A DNA stretch of 63,509 nt, the filler included. It is 10 parts of 10 records of this genome, joined end to end, with 100 filler letters (N's around TTAATTAATTAA, not from the genome) between each part and the next. Parts side by side here need not be neighbours in the genome. Positions count along the whole stretch, not along the records: positions 45,705 to 50,815 come from SRR31156797_9615; positions 50,916 to 56,435 come from SRR31156797_9627; positions 56,536 to 63,509 come from SRR31156797_9630; 7 more parts are not named here. One strand, 5' to 3'. Under the pieces are notes generated by a model. That model had not been told where the DNA came from and searched no databases. It worked only from the letters and a program-made list of their open reading frames with translations. The translations under genes and the position numbers were made by a program. Positions 50,741-59,697 of the stretch are shown piece after piece. Position 1 is the stretch's first letter; the number at the start of each line of letters is the position of its first letter.

Positions 50741-50815
50741 ATAATTTAATAAGAAACTATAATGAACTGCAAAAATAATTGCGCATAAAATTATATAAAA
50801 AATATCAGGACGTAT

Positions 50816-50915
50816 NNNNNNNNNNNNNNNNNNNNNNNNNNNNNNNNNNNNNNNNNNNNTTAATTAATTAANNNNNNNNNNNNNNNNNNNNNNNNNNNNN
50901 NNNNNNNNNNNNNNN
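50816..50915. other. Artificial contig spacer 8
   Basis: 44N-TTAATTAATTAA-44N. Confidence 0.98.
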
Positions 50916-51015
50916 AAAGTCAAAAGTCGACTTGACCCCATTCTTCCATTCTGAGAAGTACAACATCACTTCCCTTATTGCTATATTGGGCAATGGCACG
51001 GAGGATTAGAAAATT

Positions 51016-54000
51016 TTGTTTTTTTTACGTCTTATTTTATATTGTTTTTTATTGTGCTCATTTCTTGTCCCATCATTAATAAATGCTTCGGAACTCACTT
51101 TAACGCAAAAAGAAAAGAAATTTGTAAATTCTCACCGTATTATAAGAGTCGCCAACGAGACAGATTGGCCGCCTTTCGACTACGTAGAATTTGGTAAACC
51201 CAAGGGATTTGCGATCGATTTTTTCCGATTGTTAGCCAAAAAGGCTAATTTACAGATTGAATTTATAAATGGTTTTACTTGGGATGAGTTGATTCAAAAG
51301 TTTAAAAATAAAAAACTGGATATATTACCGGTTTTTTATCGTAACCCAGAAAGGGAGGGGTATGCGCTCTTCACACAGCCTTATTATAAAGGTAAATTGG
51401 GTGTATTCGCACAGCAGCCGAACAAAACGATCTTCAACAACACAGACATATTAGGGAAACGGATTGGTATTCAAAAAGGGCACGGTGCTATTCCCTTTAT
51501 ACTTGAAAAGTTTCCAGGAATAACGCTTGATGAATATCCAAATACAGACACTTTGGTAAAAAAATTGGGGGTCGGAAGGTTAGATGCCATTATTGGCAAC
51601 CCACTTTTATTCTGTCATTTGGCAAAAGAGAATCAGGTCACCAATATTCAGCTTTCAGACTATATTGAATTGGATGATCTAACACAACAAAAAATATCTT
51701 TTCATATTGGTGTTCGAAAAGATTACACCGTTTTGCATGGTATTTTGTCCAAAACTATAGCATCGGTTAGCCAGGATGAGTTAAGAAATATTGAGCGTAA
51801 GTGGAATTATTTTGCTCAAAACGCTTCTCTGCCTGCAGTTAAAGTGAAACTTTCTCCAGAGGAACAAGTTTACATATCAAGCCACCCAGTTTTGCGAGCG
51901 AGCAATGAAATAGATTATCCTCCATTCGATTTTGCCATTGCTGAACAGCCCAGAGGGTATAGCATAGATATGCTCAATCTTATCGCTGAACGAACCGGTT
52001 TGAGGATTAAGTATGTAAACGGGTACTCTTTGTATGAATTGTTGTCACTGTTTAAACAGGGCAAGTTGGATTTAGTGCATTCGATTAATAAAACGCCATC
52101 GCGTAAGAAAATTGGCCTGTTCTCAAAACCATTCCATCGTTATCGCAACCATTTCTTTACCCGTAAAGGACTGCCTGAGATTAAAGGAATAAGAGATCTT
52201 GCGGATAAAGTTTTAGCCGTTACAAAAGGCTGGTCCTCGGAAGAATACATAAGAAGACACCACCCGGAAATTATTCTGAAAGTTTTTCGAACATTTGAAG
52301 AGACCATCGAAGCGGTATCAGACCATAAGGCGGATGTCTTATTTAGTGGTGAAACCGTTACATATTTTATGATTAAGAAGATGAGTATCAACAATCTTAA
52401 AAAATCGGGCTGGTTCAAAGAGTTTGACCAAGGTGAAAGTCAAAAGCTGTATTTTATGGTGCAAAATGATTCCCCAGAATTGGTTTCTATTTTGAATAAA
52501 GGATTGGCGACAATTACGCCAGGAGACATTGAACGATTAGAACGCAAATGGTTCGGAAATAAAACAGATACATCTGCACCACCAGTCAAGGTTGCGCTTT
52601 CGATTAAAGAGCAAGCTTTCATTGAAAACCATCCCCAGATTATCCTGGGAACCACACCCTCCTTTGCTCCCCATGCAATACAGAACAGTGACGGCAGCGT
52701 GGACGGGGTGGATGTAGACTATGCGAATCTCATCAGGGAGCGGACCGGGTTGAACATCAGTTTTGAACTTGGAAACTGGAACAAACAAGTAGAAAAGGCA
52801 AAAAAAAGAAAAACAGATGGACTTTCCGCAACTGTGGTACACCCTGAAAGAGCTAAACTATTTGATTTTTCTGATCCCTATTTCAAATTGCAAAGCACTG
52901 TGTTTGTCAAAAAGGGAAATCCTAAACAAATTTATGCTGAAAGTGATTTCAGCCAAAAACGCATTGTCATCCAAAAAGGAAATAAGAGAACCCAGAAAAT
53001 TGCACAAGCCTATCCGGGGGTGCAAATCATATACGTTGAATCATCAATAGAAATAATAAAGGCAATCATATCCGATAAAGCTGACTTCACGGTTTGGAAT
53101 GAAACCTTACTATATAATGCTAGAAAAGAAGGGCTGAATTATGTTGACATTGCATTTACAATTGGCGAACCTTTTTATCTGGTTTTTTCCTTGCGAAATG
53201 ACTGGCCCGAACTCAAGACCATTATAAATAAGGCGCTTAAAACAATAACCGAGCGGGAAAGATTAGAGATTAGAGACAGATGGTATGGCAACCGTAATCT
53301 TGACGAAAAAGAACCAAATAATTTCAAGCTTTTGAAAGAGGAACAGGCTTATCTGGCACAAAAAGGTCGCCTTAAAATGTGTGTGAGGCCGAATTGGTTT
53401 CCTTATGAACGGATTAATCAAGAGGGGTATTATGAAGGACTTGGATCAGATATCATCCGGCTGATAGAAAAAAAAATCAGTACTCCAATTGAGCTTCTCC
53501 CCACCAAAGATTGGAATGAATCGCTTTTAAACCTTAAAGCAGGTGTCTGTGATATATTACCTATTGCCGTAAAATCACCTATTCAACAGAACAAAATCGT
53601 TTTCTCATCTCCATACACCACAACCCCTCTGGTTATTGCAACCCTTACAACGGAGCTTTTTATAAAAGATGCAAAGGATATCGGAGATCGCAAAATCGGC
53701 ATCATCAAGGGTTCTGCCTTTACCGAGTTATTAAGGAGAAACCATCCCGAAATGCAGATCGTTGATGTTGAAAATTCAGAGGATGGTCTTATGCAGGTTC
53801 GTAAAGGTGAACTATTTGGATATGTCGATACCATGTTCACTATTGGTTACACGATTCAGACAAACACTATGTTTGATCTTAAAATTGCTGGTAGGCTTGA
53901 GTATGACCTGGACCTAAGTATTGCATCACACAAAAATGACCCCATGTTGGCCTCAATTATCCAAAAAGCTGTTGAATCCATCACCGAACAAGAACGAAGT

Positions 54001-54636
54001 TTGATCAGAAATAAATGGTTATCGATCAAATTTGAAAAAGGATTTGACTACAAACTGCTTTGGAAAATATTAGCAGGATGTCTATTGGTTGTGTTGGTAC
54101 TCATATACAGGAATATTATTGTTTCAAAATATAACAAGAAGCTTGATGCCCTTTATAAAACAGATAAACTGACCGGAATCTCAAATAGGCACTTGATTGA
54201 TGAAGAAATTGAAAGAGAGGTATCGCGAGCAAGTAGGTATGACTATTCATTCTCAATAATTCTAATTGACATTGATTATTTTAAAAAAATTAATGATTTG
54301 TACGGTCATCACATTGGAGACTCCGTTCTTGTTGAGTTCGCTCAAATTCTAAAAAATAATATAAGAGAAACAGACAGTGCAGGAAGGTGGGGAGGTGAAG
54401 AATTTATTGTTATTTGCCCTGAAACCGAAATAAATCAAGCTGTTGCTGTGGCGGAAAAGTTACGAAATTGCATTGAACTTTACAGTTTCTCGAACGTAAA
54501 TGAGGCTGTAACTTCAAGTTTTGGCGTGACAGCCTACAAATTAAAAGATACAGCTGAGAGTATAGTCAAGAGGGTGGACTCAGCACTATACGTTTCCAAA
54601 AAGGATGGCAGAAACTGTGTTTCTAAAGAGAATTGA
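51016..54636 (+). CDS. Diguanylate cyclase with four tandem periplasmic solute-binding (PBPb) domains
   Basis: Repeats begin DWPPFDY, DYPPFDF, SFAPHAI and NWFPYE; then a TM helix, DKLTGI, RETD I-site and GRWGGEEF. Confidence 0.92.
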   Translation: MFFLRLILYCFLLCSFLVPSLINASELTLTQKEKKFVNSHRIIRVANETDWPPFDYVEFGKPKGFAIDFFRLLAKKANLQIEFINGFTWDELIQKFKNKKLDILPVFYRNPEREGYALFTQPYYKGKLGVFAQQPNKTIFNNTDILGKRIGIQKGHGAIPFILEKFPGITLDEYPNTDTLVKKLGVGRLDAIIGNPLLFCHLAKENQVTNIQLSDYIELDDLTQQKISFHIGVRKDYTVLHGILSKTIASVSQDELRNIERKWNYFAQNASLPAVKVKLSPEEQVYISSHPVLRASNEIDYPPFDFAIAEQPRGYSIDMLNLIAERTGLRIKYVNGYSLYELLSLFKQGKLDLVHSINKTPSRKKIGLFSKPFHRYRNHFFTRKGLPEIKGIRDLADKVLAVTKGWSSEEYIRRHHPEIILKVFRTFEETIEAVSDHKADVLFSGETVTYFMIKKMSINNLKKSGWFKEFDQGESQKLYFMVQNDSPELVSILNKGLATITPGDIERLERKWFGNKTDTSAPPVKVALSIKEQAFIENHPQIILGTTPSFAPHAIQNSDGSVDGVDVDYANLIRERTGLNISFELGNWNKQVEKAKKRKTDGLSATVVHPERAKLFDFSDPYFKLQSTVFVKKGNPKQIYAESDFSQKRIVIQKGNKRTQKIAQAYPGVQIIYVESSIEIIKAIISDKADFTVWNETLLYNARKEGLNYVDIAFTIGEPFYLVFSLRNDWPELKTIINKALKTITERERLEIRDRWYGNRNLDEKEPNNFKLLKEEQAYLAQKGRLKMCVRPNWFPYERINQEGYYEGLGSDIIRLIEKKISTPIELLPTKDWNESLLNLKAGVCDILPIAVKSPIQQNKIVFSSPYTTTPLVIATLTTELFIKDAKDIGDRKIGIIKGSAFTELLRRNHPEMQIVDVENSEDGLMQVRKGELFGYVDTMFTIGYTIQTNTMFDLKIAGRLEYDLDLSIASHKNDPMLASIIQKAVESITEQERSLIRNKWLSIKFEKGFDYKLLWKILAGCLLVVLVLIYRNIIVSKYNKKLDALYKTDKLTGISNRHLIDEEIEREVSRASRYDYSFSIILIDIDYFKKINDLYGHHIGDSVLVEFAQILKNNIRETDSAGRWGGEEFIVICPETEINQAVAVAEKLRNCIELYSFSNVNEAVTSSFGVTAYKLKDTAESIVKRVDSALYVSKKDGRNCVSKEN

Positions 54637-54665
54637 TATGTTATTCTGAATTATAGTCCTTTATC

Positions 54666-54884
54666 CTTTATCAGAGTCTTGGTGAGACAAATGACCAAAA
54701 AGCAATCAACTTATAGGCAATTCTTCCGGTATGAATTGGAACCTGATGAAATAGATCAAATCAGAAAAGCCACGAATGAAATTTTTGCATTGGGACCAAG
54801 CGATTTCAGGATAAAATCAGCATAATGATAGGTAGGCGCGCTTTTCCGGCTAAAGCCGGCAGACCGAGAACAAGAAAGAGATAA
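54666..54884 (+). pseudogene. Frameshifted C-terminal remnant of a REP-associated tyrosine (Y1/RAYT) transposase
   Basis: Three frames give LYQSLGETNDQK / QSTYRQFFRYELEPDEIDQIRKATNEIFALG / RFQDKISIMIGRRAFPAKAGRPRTRKR*, matching my recollection of RAYT C-termini (IRxATNxxxxLG...GRR...GRPR). No HUH region is present. Confidence 0.7.
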
Positions 54885-54911
54885 ACCCGTGGTCTATCCC
54901 ATACGACCCCT

Positions 54912-54954
54912 AAAAAAGGTCCGCCTGTCCATCCCTTGGGACAGACAGGCGGGC
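54912..54954 (-). terminator. Intrinsic terminator (U-tract on minus strand)
   Basis: CCGCCTGTC...GACAGGCGG stem followed on the minus strand by ACCTTTTTT. Confidence 0.78.
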
Positions 54955-55282
54955 AGGATAATTTAGAGAAGCAGAATCAGGTTCAGTATAAGCGTATCAG
55001 CATCAGTATCAACAATTATCCTAAGAGTCACCGCTTCTATATTATTGAAATATATCCAAGTCAATGAAAAAATTTGTGAATAATTTAAAAAAAGTAATCC
55101 GATTTTTATTAAATTCTTTTCAGATGCCTGACATCAGTACTGATCCACAGATGTTGCAACGGTCCCATGCTTATTTTCAACTGTCAAAAAAAATCCTTGA
55201 AGCAAACAACATTAAACGATTAAAGACGGCATTTCCTGAAAACATATGTACGTTTCAGGTGTGCCCCAAAGGATAATCAATC

Positions 55283-56050
55283 ATGCTCAGTATTATTTCA
55301 CCGTCCAAAACCATGGATCTGAATTGCAGATCCACCCTTCTGCAAACCCATCCCCATTTCATTTCCCAAGCCCGGGAACTTTCAGACCGGCTGAAAAAAT
55401 GTTCACCGGCTGAACTGGAAAAGCTAATGAATATCAGCCCCAAGCTGGCGGACTTGACCTACAAAAGATTCCAGACATTTTCCGCAAATGCAGTAAATGA
55501 CGATACCCGCCAAGCCCTTTTAGTATACAAAGGCGATGCGTTTCAGGAACTGGGCATTGACCATTACCAAGATCAGGATTTTGAATTTGCCCAGAAACAT
55601 GTACGGATATTGTCAGGTCTTTACGGCCTTTTACGCCCCCTGGATCTGATTGAACCCCATCGCCTGGAAATAGCCACCCGGCTTTCCGGTCCCTGGGGAA
55701 AAAATTTATACGAATTCTGGGCAAACCGGATCACCCAAAGAATCAACACTGAACTGGAAGAATCAAATGGTGCGCCTGTTCTTGTAAATCTGGCCTCCAA
55801 CGAGTATTTTAAGGTTCTGCAACGAAAACGCCTGAAAGCAAAGATTATCACCATTCAGTTCAAGGAAAAAAAACCAAACGGTTTCAAGGTGATTGCCATA
55901 TATGCTAAAAGGGCCCGGGGGCTTTTGGCTGACTTCATCATCCGGGAAAAAATTTTGGAACCGGAATCTCTAAAAGGGTTTTCGGGCAATGGATATACAT
56001 TTAACCCGGATCTTTCAACATCAGAAACCTGGGTATTTTCCAGGAAATGA
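55283..56050 (+). CDS. yaaA: Peroxide-stress DNA-binding protein YaaA
   Basis: IISPSKTMD, RILSGLYGLLRPLD, VNLASNEYFK, YAKRARG motifs. Confidence 0.94.
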   Translation: MLSIISPSKTMDLNCRSTLLQTHPHFISQARELSDRLKKCSPAELEKLMNISPKLADLTYKRFQTFSANAVNDDTRQALLVYKGDAFQELGIDHYQDQDFEFAQKHVRILSGLYGLLRPLDLIEPHRLEIATRLSGPWGKNLYEFWANRITQRINTELEESNGAPVLVNLASNEYFKVLQRKRLKAKIITIQFKEKKPNGFKVIAIYAKRARGLLADFIIREKILEPESLKGFSGNGYTFNPDLSTSETWVFSRK

Positions 56051-56185
56051 ATAAAACAAACAACGGGTTTTACCCGGATTTAAGCAGGTTCCAGGACCGA
56101 ATACGCCTGGGAATTGACCTTTCAGGAATCTGTACTATGTTTGATATATTGATCGAGCATTTCACTTATGAAGGAGGGATGCGGT

Positions 56186-56413
56186 ATGGGAAAAAAGCTC
56201 AGAGCGTGTAAAGCGTGTAAAAAGAAAAAAGTACATTTGCGCAAATCATCCGATGCATCAAAAGCATTTGTCTGTAAAAATTGTGGTGCATCGTCAACCG
56301 AAGCCAAGATGGTCTGCAAACCTGCAATGCAAAAGTTGACCTATTCATGCCAAAAATGCACACGATTATCAGATAAACCCAAACGGTTGTGCAAGCCTGA
56401 AGAAAGGGGGTGA
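56186..56413 (+). CDS. Small basic Cys-rich protein (putative metal-binding)
   Basis: AGGAGG RBS; CKAC, then two repeats of [FY]xCxxC-x9-CKP. Confidence 0.7.
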   Translation: MGKKLRACKACKKKKVHLRKSSDASKAFVCKNCGASSTEAKMVCKPAMQKLTYSCQKCTRLSDKPKRLCKPEERG

Positions 56414-56435
56414 TCATAAGATGGGACACTCATGA

Positions 56436-56535
56436 NNNNNNNNNNNNNNNNNNNNNNNNNNNNNNNNNNNNNNNNNNNNTTAATTAATTAANNNNNNNNN
56501 NNNNNNNNNNNNNNNNNNNNNNNNNNNNNNNNNNN
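56436..56535. other. Artificial contig spacer 9
   Basis: 44N-TTAATTAATTAA-44N. Confidence 0.98.
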
Positions 56536-56536
56536 C

Positions 56537-56587
56537 GAGTTGAAGTGGGTCACCATCCATAAGGGCGATCGGCAATTTCCATTTTGA
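56537..56587 (+). CDS. C-terminal 16 residues of an aldehyde dehydrogenase (aromatic-aldehyde-dehydrogenase-like tail)
   Basis: ELKWVTIHKGDRQFPF* resembles the ...ELKWxTI...xxYPF ending of benzaldehyde/vanillin-type ALDHs; only 16 aa are visible. Confidence 0.65.
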   Translation, partial: ELKWVTIHKGDRQFPF

Positions 56588-56641
56588 GAGAATGGAAACG
56601 GGAAACAGTGGGATGTAATGGCGCATCTTCCGGGGGTAACG

Positions 56642-56682
56642 AAGCCCTATTTGCCCGGTTGCGGGTAAAGAGGGCTTTTTTT
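56642..56682 (+). terminator. Intrinsic terminator after the ALDH gene
   Basis: AAGCCCT-a-TTTGCCCG-gttg-CGGGTAAA-g-AGGGCTT followed by a T run. Confidence 0.85.
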
Positions 56683-56773
56683 ATCTGCGGTTTTCCGGAC
56701 TTTTTGTTCGGGCTTCCGCAGGGGTACGGCACAGTTGGAATTTCAGAATCCGGAAAACAGAAAGGAACAAAAT

Positions 56774-57856
56774 ATGGAAATGCCGCTTTTTCAAAAGGAC
56801 ACCATGACCGCCGATGAGCGCATCCAGGCGCTCATGGAGGGAAAACCACTCGATCGTGTGCCGCTTAATCTTCAGGCCTTCGCCTTTTCAGCAGTCAACG
56901 TGGGATGGAGTATATATGATTGGTACACGGATATGCAGAAAAACTTCGACTCGGGCCGTATGACGGCAGAGCAGTACGGGGCCATGTGGCTCCCTTTCGG
57001 GGGATATCCCAGTGTCGGACCTTACGAACTCGGGGGCGAGATAAAATGGCCCACGAGCGAATACGATCAATGCCCTAACGTGGAACCGGCCGCAGCCACC
57101 GAAGACGCCGCCTGGGCGCTCAAACTGCCCGATTCCCAAGCCTTGAAGAAAGCCGGCTATATGCCCTACTTCAGGGAATTTGCCAGGATCGCAGCGTCAA
57201 AGGGCCTGCCTTTCTGCATTCCCATGTACTGCCCTTGGACCACGGCCGGCAACATGGTGGGCATCGTGAACCTGGCCAAATGGTCTCTTAAAAAGCCGGA
57301 CCTGGTCCATTCCGTGATGCGTTTTGCGACCGACTTTCTTTTAATGGTTCAACAGATCATCATTGACGAAGCCGGAGGACCTCAGGGGTATTTTCCGGCG
57401 GACAGTACGGCTTCGGCATCAAACGACATGATTTCACCCAAAACGTTCAAAGAATTCGCTCTACCCTATCTGATCGATTATCATTCCGGCCTCATCGACA
57501 AGGGCATTATGGGCATTAGTTTCCATTTATGCGGCGAGCAAACGAAAAACTACGCGTTTTACCCTGAAGTGCCCCTGCCTCCCTTGAGCCAGATCAGTGT
57601 TTCCCATGAAGTGGATCTGGAACTGGCCATGCAAACCTTCCCGGACTACGTTATTCATGGGAACGTGGAGCCGGCGATAATCCAGTTGGGAAACGCCGAT
57701 CAGGTTTATGAAGCCAGTCGGGTGGCCATCGAAAAGGGAAAGAAACATAAAAGAGGCTTTGTCCTGTGTCCGGGATGCGAACTGCCGCCCAATTCACCGT
57801 CATACAACGTCTGGATGATGAGCAAAGCGATCAATGATTTCGGCTATTACAAATAA
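56774..57856 (+). CDS. URO-D/MtaA/CmuA-family corrinoid-dependent methyltransferase-like protein
   Basis: MTADERI...LDRVP, ISPKTFKEFALPY, Zn-ligand HLCG and GCELP motifs; AAGGA RBS before ATG 56774. Confidence 0.85.
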   Translation: MEMPLFQKDTMTADERIQALMEGKPLDRVPLNLQAFAFSAVNVGWSIYDWYTDMQKNFDSGRMTAEQYGAMWLPFGGYPSVGPYELGGEIKWPTSEYDQCPNVEPAAATEDAAWALKLPDSQALKKAGYMPYFREFARIAASKGLPFCIPMYCPWTTAGNMVGIVNLAKWSLKKPDLVHSVMRFATDFLLMVQQIIIDEAGGPQGYFPADSTASASNDMISPKTFKEFALPYLIDYHSGLIDKGIMGISFHLCGEQTKNYAFYPEVPLPPLSQISVSHEVDLELAMQTFPDYVIHGNVEPAIIQLGNADQVYEASRVAIEKGKKHKRGFVLCPGCELPPNSPSYNVWMMSKAINDFGYYK

Positions 57857-58034
57857 GGCATCGTCTAAAGGAAACCAAAAGCCTCACAATAAAATCCCTG
57901 AACGTTCGGTGAAGTTTGAAATATACGGTACTGAAGTTCTGGATAAGAAAGTGGGTTTTAGCGGACATGTGGGCAGGGTGTATCTGCCCGGTGAGTGGGC
58001 GGGTCATCGCGTCAAGATTATCAGGATGGACTAA
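57834..58034 (+). CDS. DUF2080-family small protein
   Basis: KFEIYGTEVLDKKVGFSGHVGRVYLPGEWAGHRVKIIR fits the DUF2080 pattern; start uncertain (overlaps the upstream gene). Confidence 0.7.
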   Translation: MISAITNKASSKGNQKPHNKIPERSVKFEIYGTEVLDKKVGFSGHVGRVYLPGEWAGHRVKIIRMD

Positions 58035-58130
58035 TATTGTGGGTAAACGCCGAATCCATCTGAATTTGGACACTCCCTGAAACCCTGGTGAAGGTATCAT
58101 TTTTTGAGAATCTAATTTGAGAAAGGTAAC

Positions 58131-59462
58131 TTGATGAATAACCAATACTGGAATCCGGTACTTGAAACCCTCCCGAGGGAAGAACTCCGCGCCCTGCAGC
58201 TCAGGAAGTTCAAACGGATATTCAAATGGGCCCATGAAAAGTCGAAGTTTCATCGGGCCCTTTATGACAAGGCGGGCATCAATCCCGATGACATCCGTTC
58301 ATTTGAGGATATTCACTTGGTTCCCAAGGTGGAAAAGTCCATGATGCGGGATATCCAACGAAAAGATCCCTTTCCCTACGGGGATGCCCTCTGCGTTCCC
58401 CTGGAGGAGGTGACTGAATTCCGCCAGACCAGCGGGACCACGGGTCAGCCGGTCTACCAGCCCGACACCTGGCAGGACTGGGAATGGTGGGCTGAAAGCT
58501 GGTGTTATATCCTGTGGGCCCAGGGGTACCGGCCGTCGGACCGGGTGTTTCTGCCCTTTGGCTACAATGTCTTTGTGGCCTTTTGGGCCGGGCACTACGG
58601 GGCGGAGAAACTGGGGTGCGAAGTGGTGCCGGGCGGGGTGCTGGACACCAAGGCCCGGATTCTCAAAATTCAGGAACTTCGGGCCACGGCCATGATGGCC
58701 ACCCCCACCTATGTCTTGGGAATGGCGGATACGGCCCGGAACAAAATGGGCATCGATCCGACCACCCTGTCCATTAATAAGATCACCTGCGCGGGCGAGC
58801 CGGGCGCCGGCATCCCCACCACCAAGAAGCGCATTGAGGAAGCGTGGGGGGCCAAGGTCTTTGACCATGCGGGGGCCACTGAAATCGGGGCCTGGTCATT
58901 TGAATGTGCGGATCAGCCCCATGGCATGCATGTGAACGAGGGGCTCTTTCTGGTGGAGATCGAAGATTTGGAGACGGGGAAGATCATTGAAGAACCGGGG
59001 AAACGGGGCAAGATGATCATCACTGCCCTGGATCGTCAGGCCCAGCCCTGTGTGCGGTTCGACTCCAAGGATATCATCGAATGGGATTCGGAACCCTGCT
59101 CCTGCGGCCGAACCTTTCGGCTCATCAAGGGGGGCGTGGTGGGCCGTTCCGACGATATTACCAAAGTGAAAGGGGTGCTCCTGGCGCCGTCCGCCATTGA
59201 AGAAGTGGTGCGGGGGATCGAGGGCCTGGGCGACGAATTTGAAGTGGTGGTGGACAAGGTGGGGGATGTGGACCGCATTGCCCTCAAGGTGGAACTGAAG
59301 CCCGGAACCGAAAGCCGACGCGAGGAGATCGAGGGTCGACTGGTGGATCAGCTCAGAAACAAAACCAACCTGCGGTATAATCTGAGCTTCCACGAATACG
59401 AAACGCTTCCGCGATACGAAGTGAAGGCCAAGCGGTTCAAGGATTTGAGAAAAGCCCATTAA
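58131..59462 (+). CDS. paaK: Phenylacetate-CoA ligase family aryl-CoA ligase
   Basis: QTSGTTGQP AMP-binding motif, ATPTY, AGEPG, GATEIG, GRSDDITKVKGV, KAKRFKD. Exact substrate unknown. Confidence 0.88.
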   Translation: MMNNQYWNPVLETLPREELRALQLRKFKRIFKWAHEKSKFHRALYDKAGINPDDIRSFEDIHLVPKVEKSMMRDIQRKDPFPYGDALCVPLEEVTEFRQTSGTTGQPVYQPDTWQDWEWWAESWCYILWAQGYRPSDRVFLPFGYNVFVAFWAGHYGAEKLGCEVVPGGVLDTKARILKIQELRATAMMATPTYVLGMADTARNKMGIDPTTLSINKITCAGEPGAGIPTTKKRIEEAWGAKVFDHAGATEIGAWSFECADQPHGMHVNEGLFLVEIEDLETGKIIEEPGKRGKMIITALDRQAQPCVRFDSKDIIEWDSEPCSCGRTFRLIKGGVVGRSDDITKVKGVLLAPSAIEEVVRGIEGLGDEFEVVVDKVGDVDRIALKVELKPGTESRREEIEGRLVDQLRNKTNLRYNLSFHEYETLPRYEVKAKRFKDLRKAH

Positions 59463-59481
59463 AGAAAGGGGGGGACGGAAC

Positions 59482-59658
59482 ATGCCCGAAACTGACCTGC
59501 GAGAGATGATTCGTAAAGTGTTGTCGCTGAAAGATACGGCCGAAGATATCAATGGCCTTTCAACGGATTTCCCAGCGGTCCGGCGGAATATCCAGCGTAT
59601 CATGGCCGGCATCAAAATGCTTGAGATCAATACGGTTGATTTGATACGGGATAAATAG
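59482..59658 (+). CDS. Small helical hypothetical protein (58 aa)
   Basis: Read by hand: MPETDLREMIRKVLSLKDTAEDINGLSTDFPAVRRNIQRIMAGIKMLEINTVDLIRDK; G-rich RBS; fills the gap between paaK and the dehalogenase gene. Confidence 0.7.
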   Translation: MPETDLREMIRKVLSLKDTAEDINGLSTDFPAVRRNIQRIMAGIKMLEINTVDLIRDK

Positions 59659-59697
59659 CAGATGGATTTGCCTACATAGCGTATAAGGAGCATCATC

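Noticed and set aside
55064..55276. 70-aa ORF upstream of yaaA
   Set aside because: No RBS or motif; lies in an AT-rich promoter-like region.
5089..56535. Regularly recurring TTAATTAATTAA motif as a biological repeat or CRISPR-like array
   Set aside because: Always centred in 44+44 Ns; it is an assembly linker with stops in all frames.
56536..56700. Riboswitch (cobalamin or Moco) upstream of the corrinoid methyltransferase
   Set aside because: No B12-box or convincing Moco consensus; the 5' part reads as an ALDH C-terminus and the hairpin is explained as its terminator.
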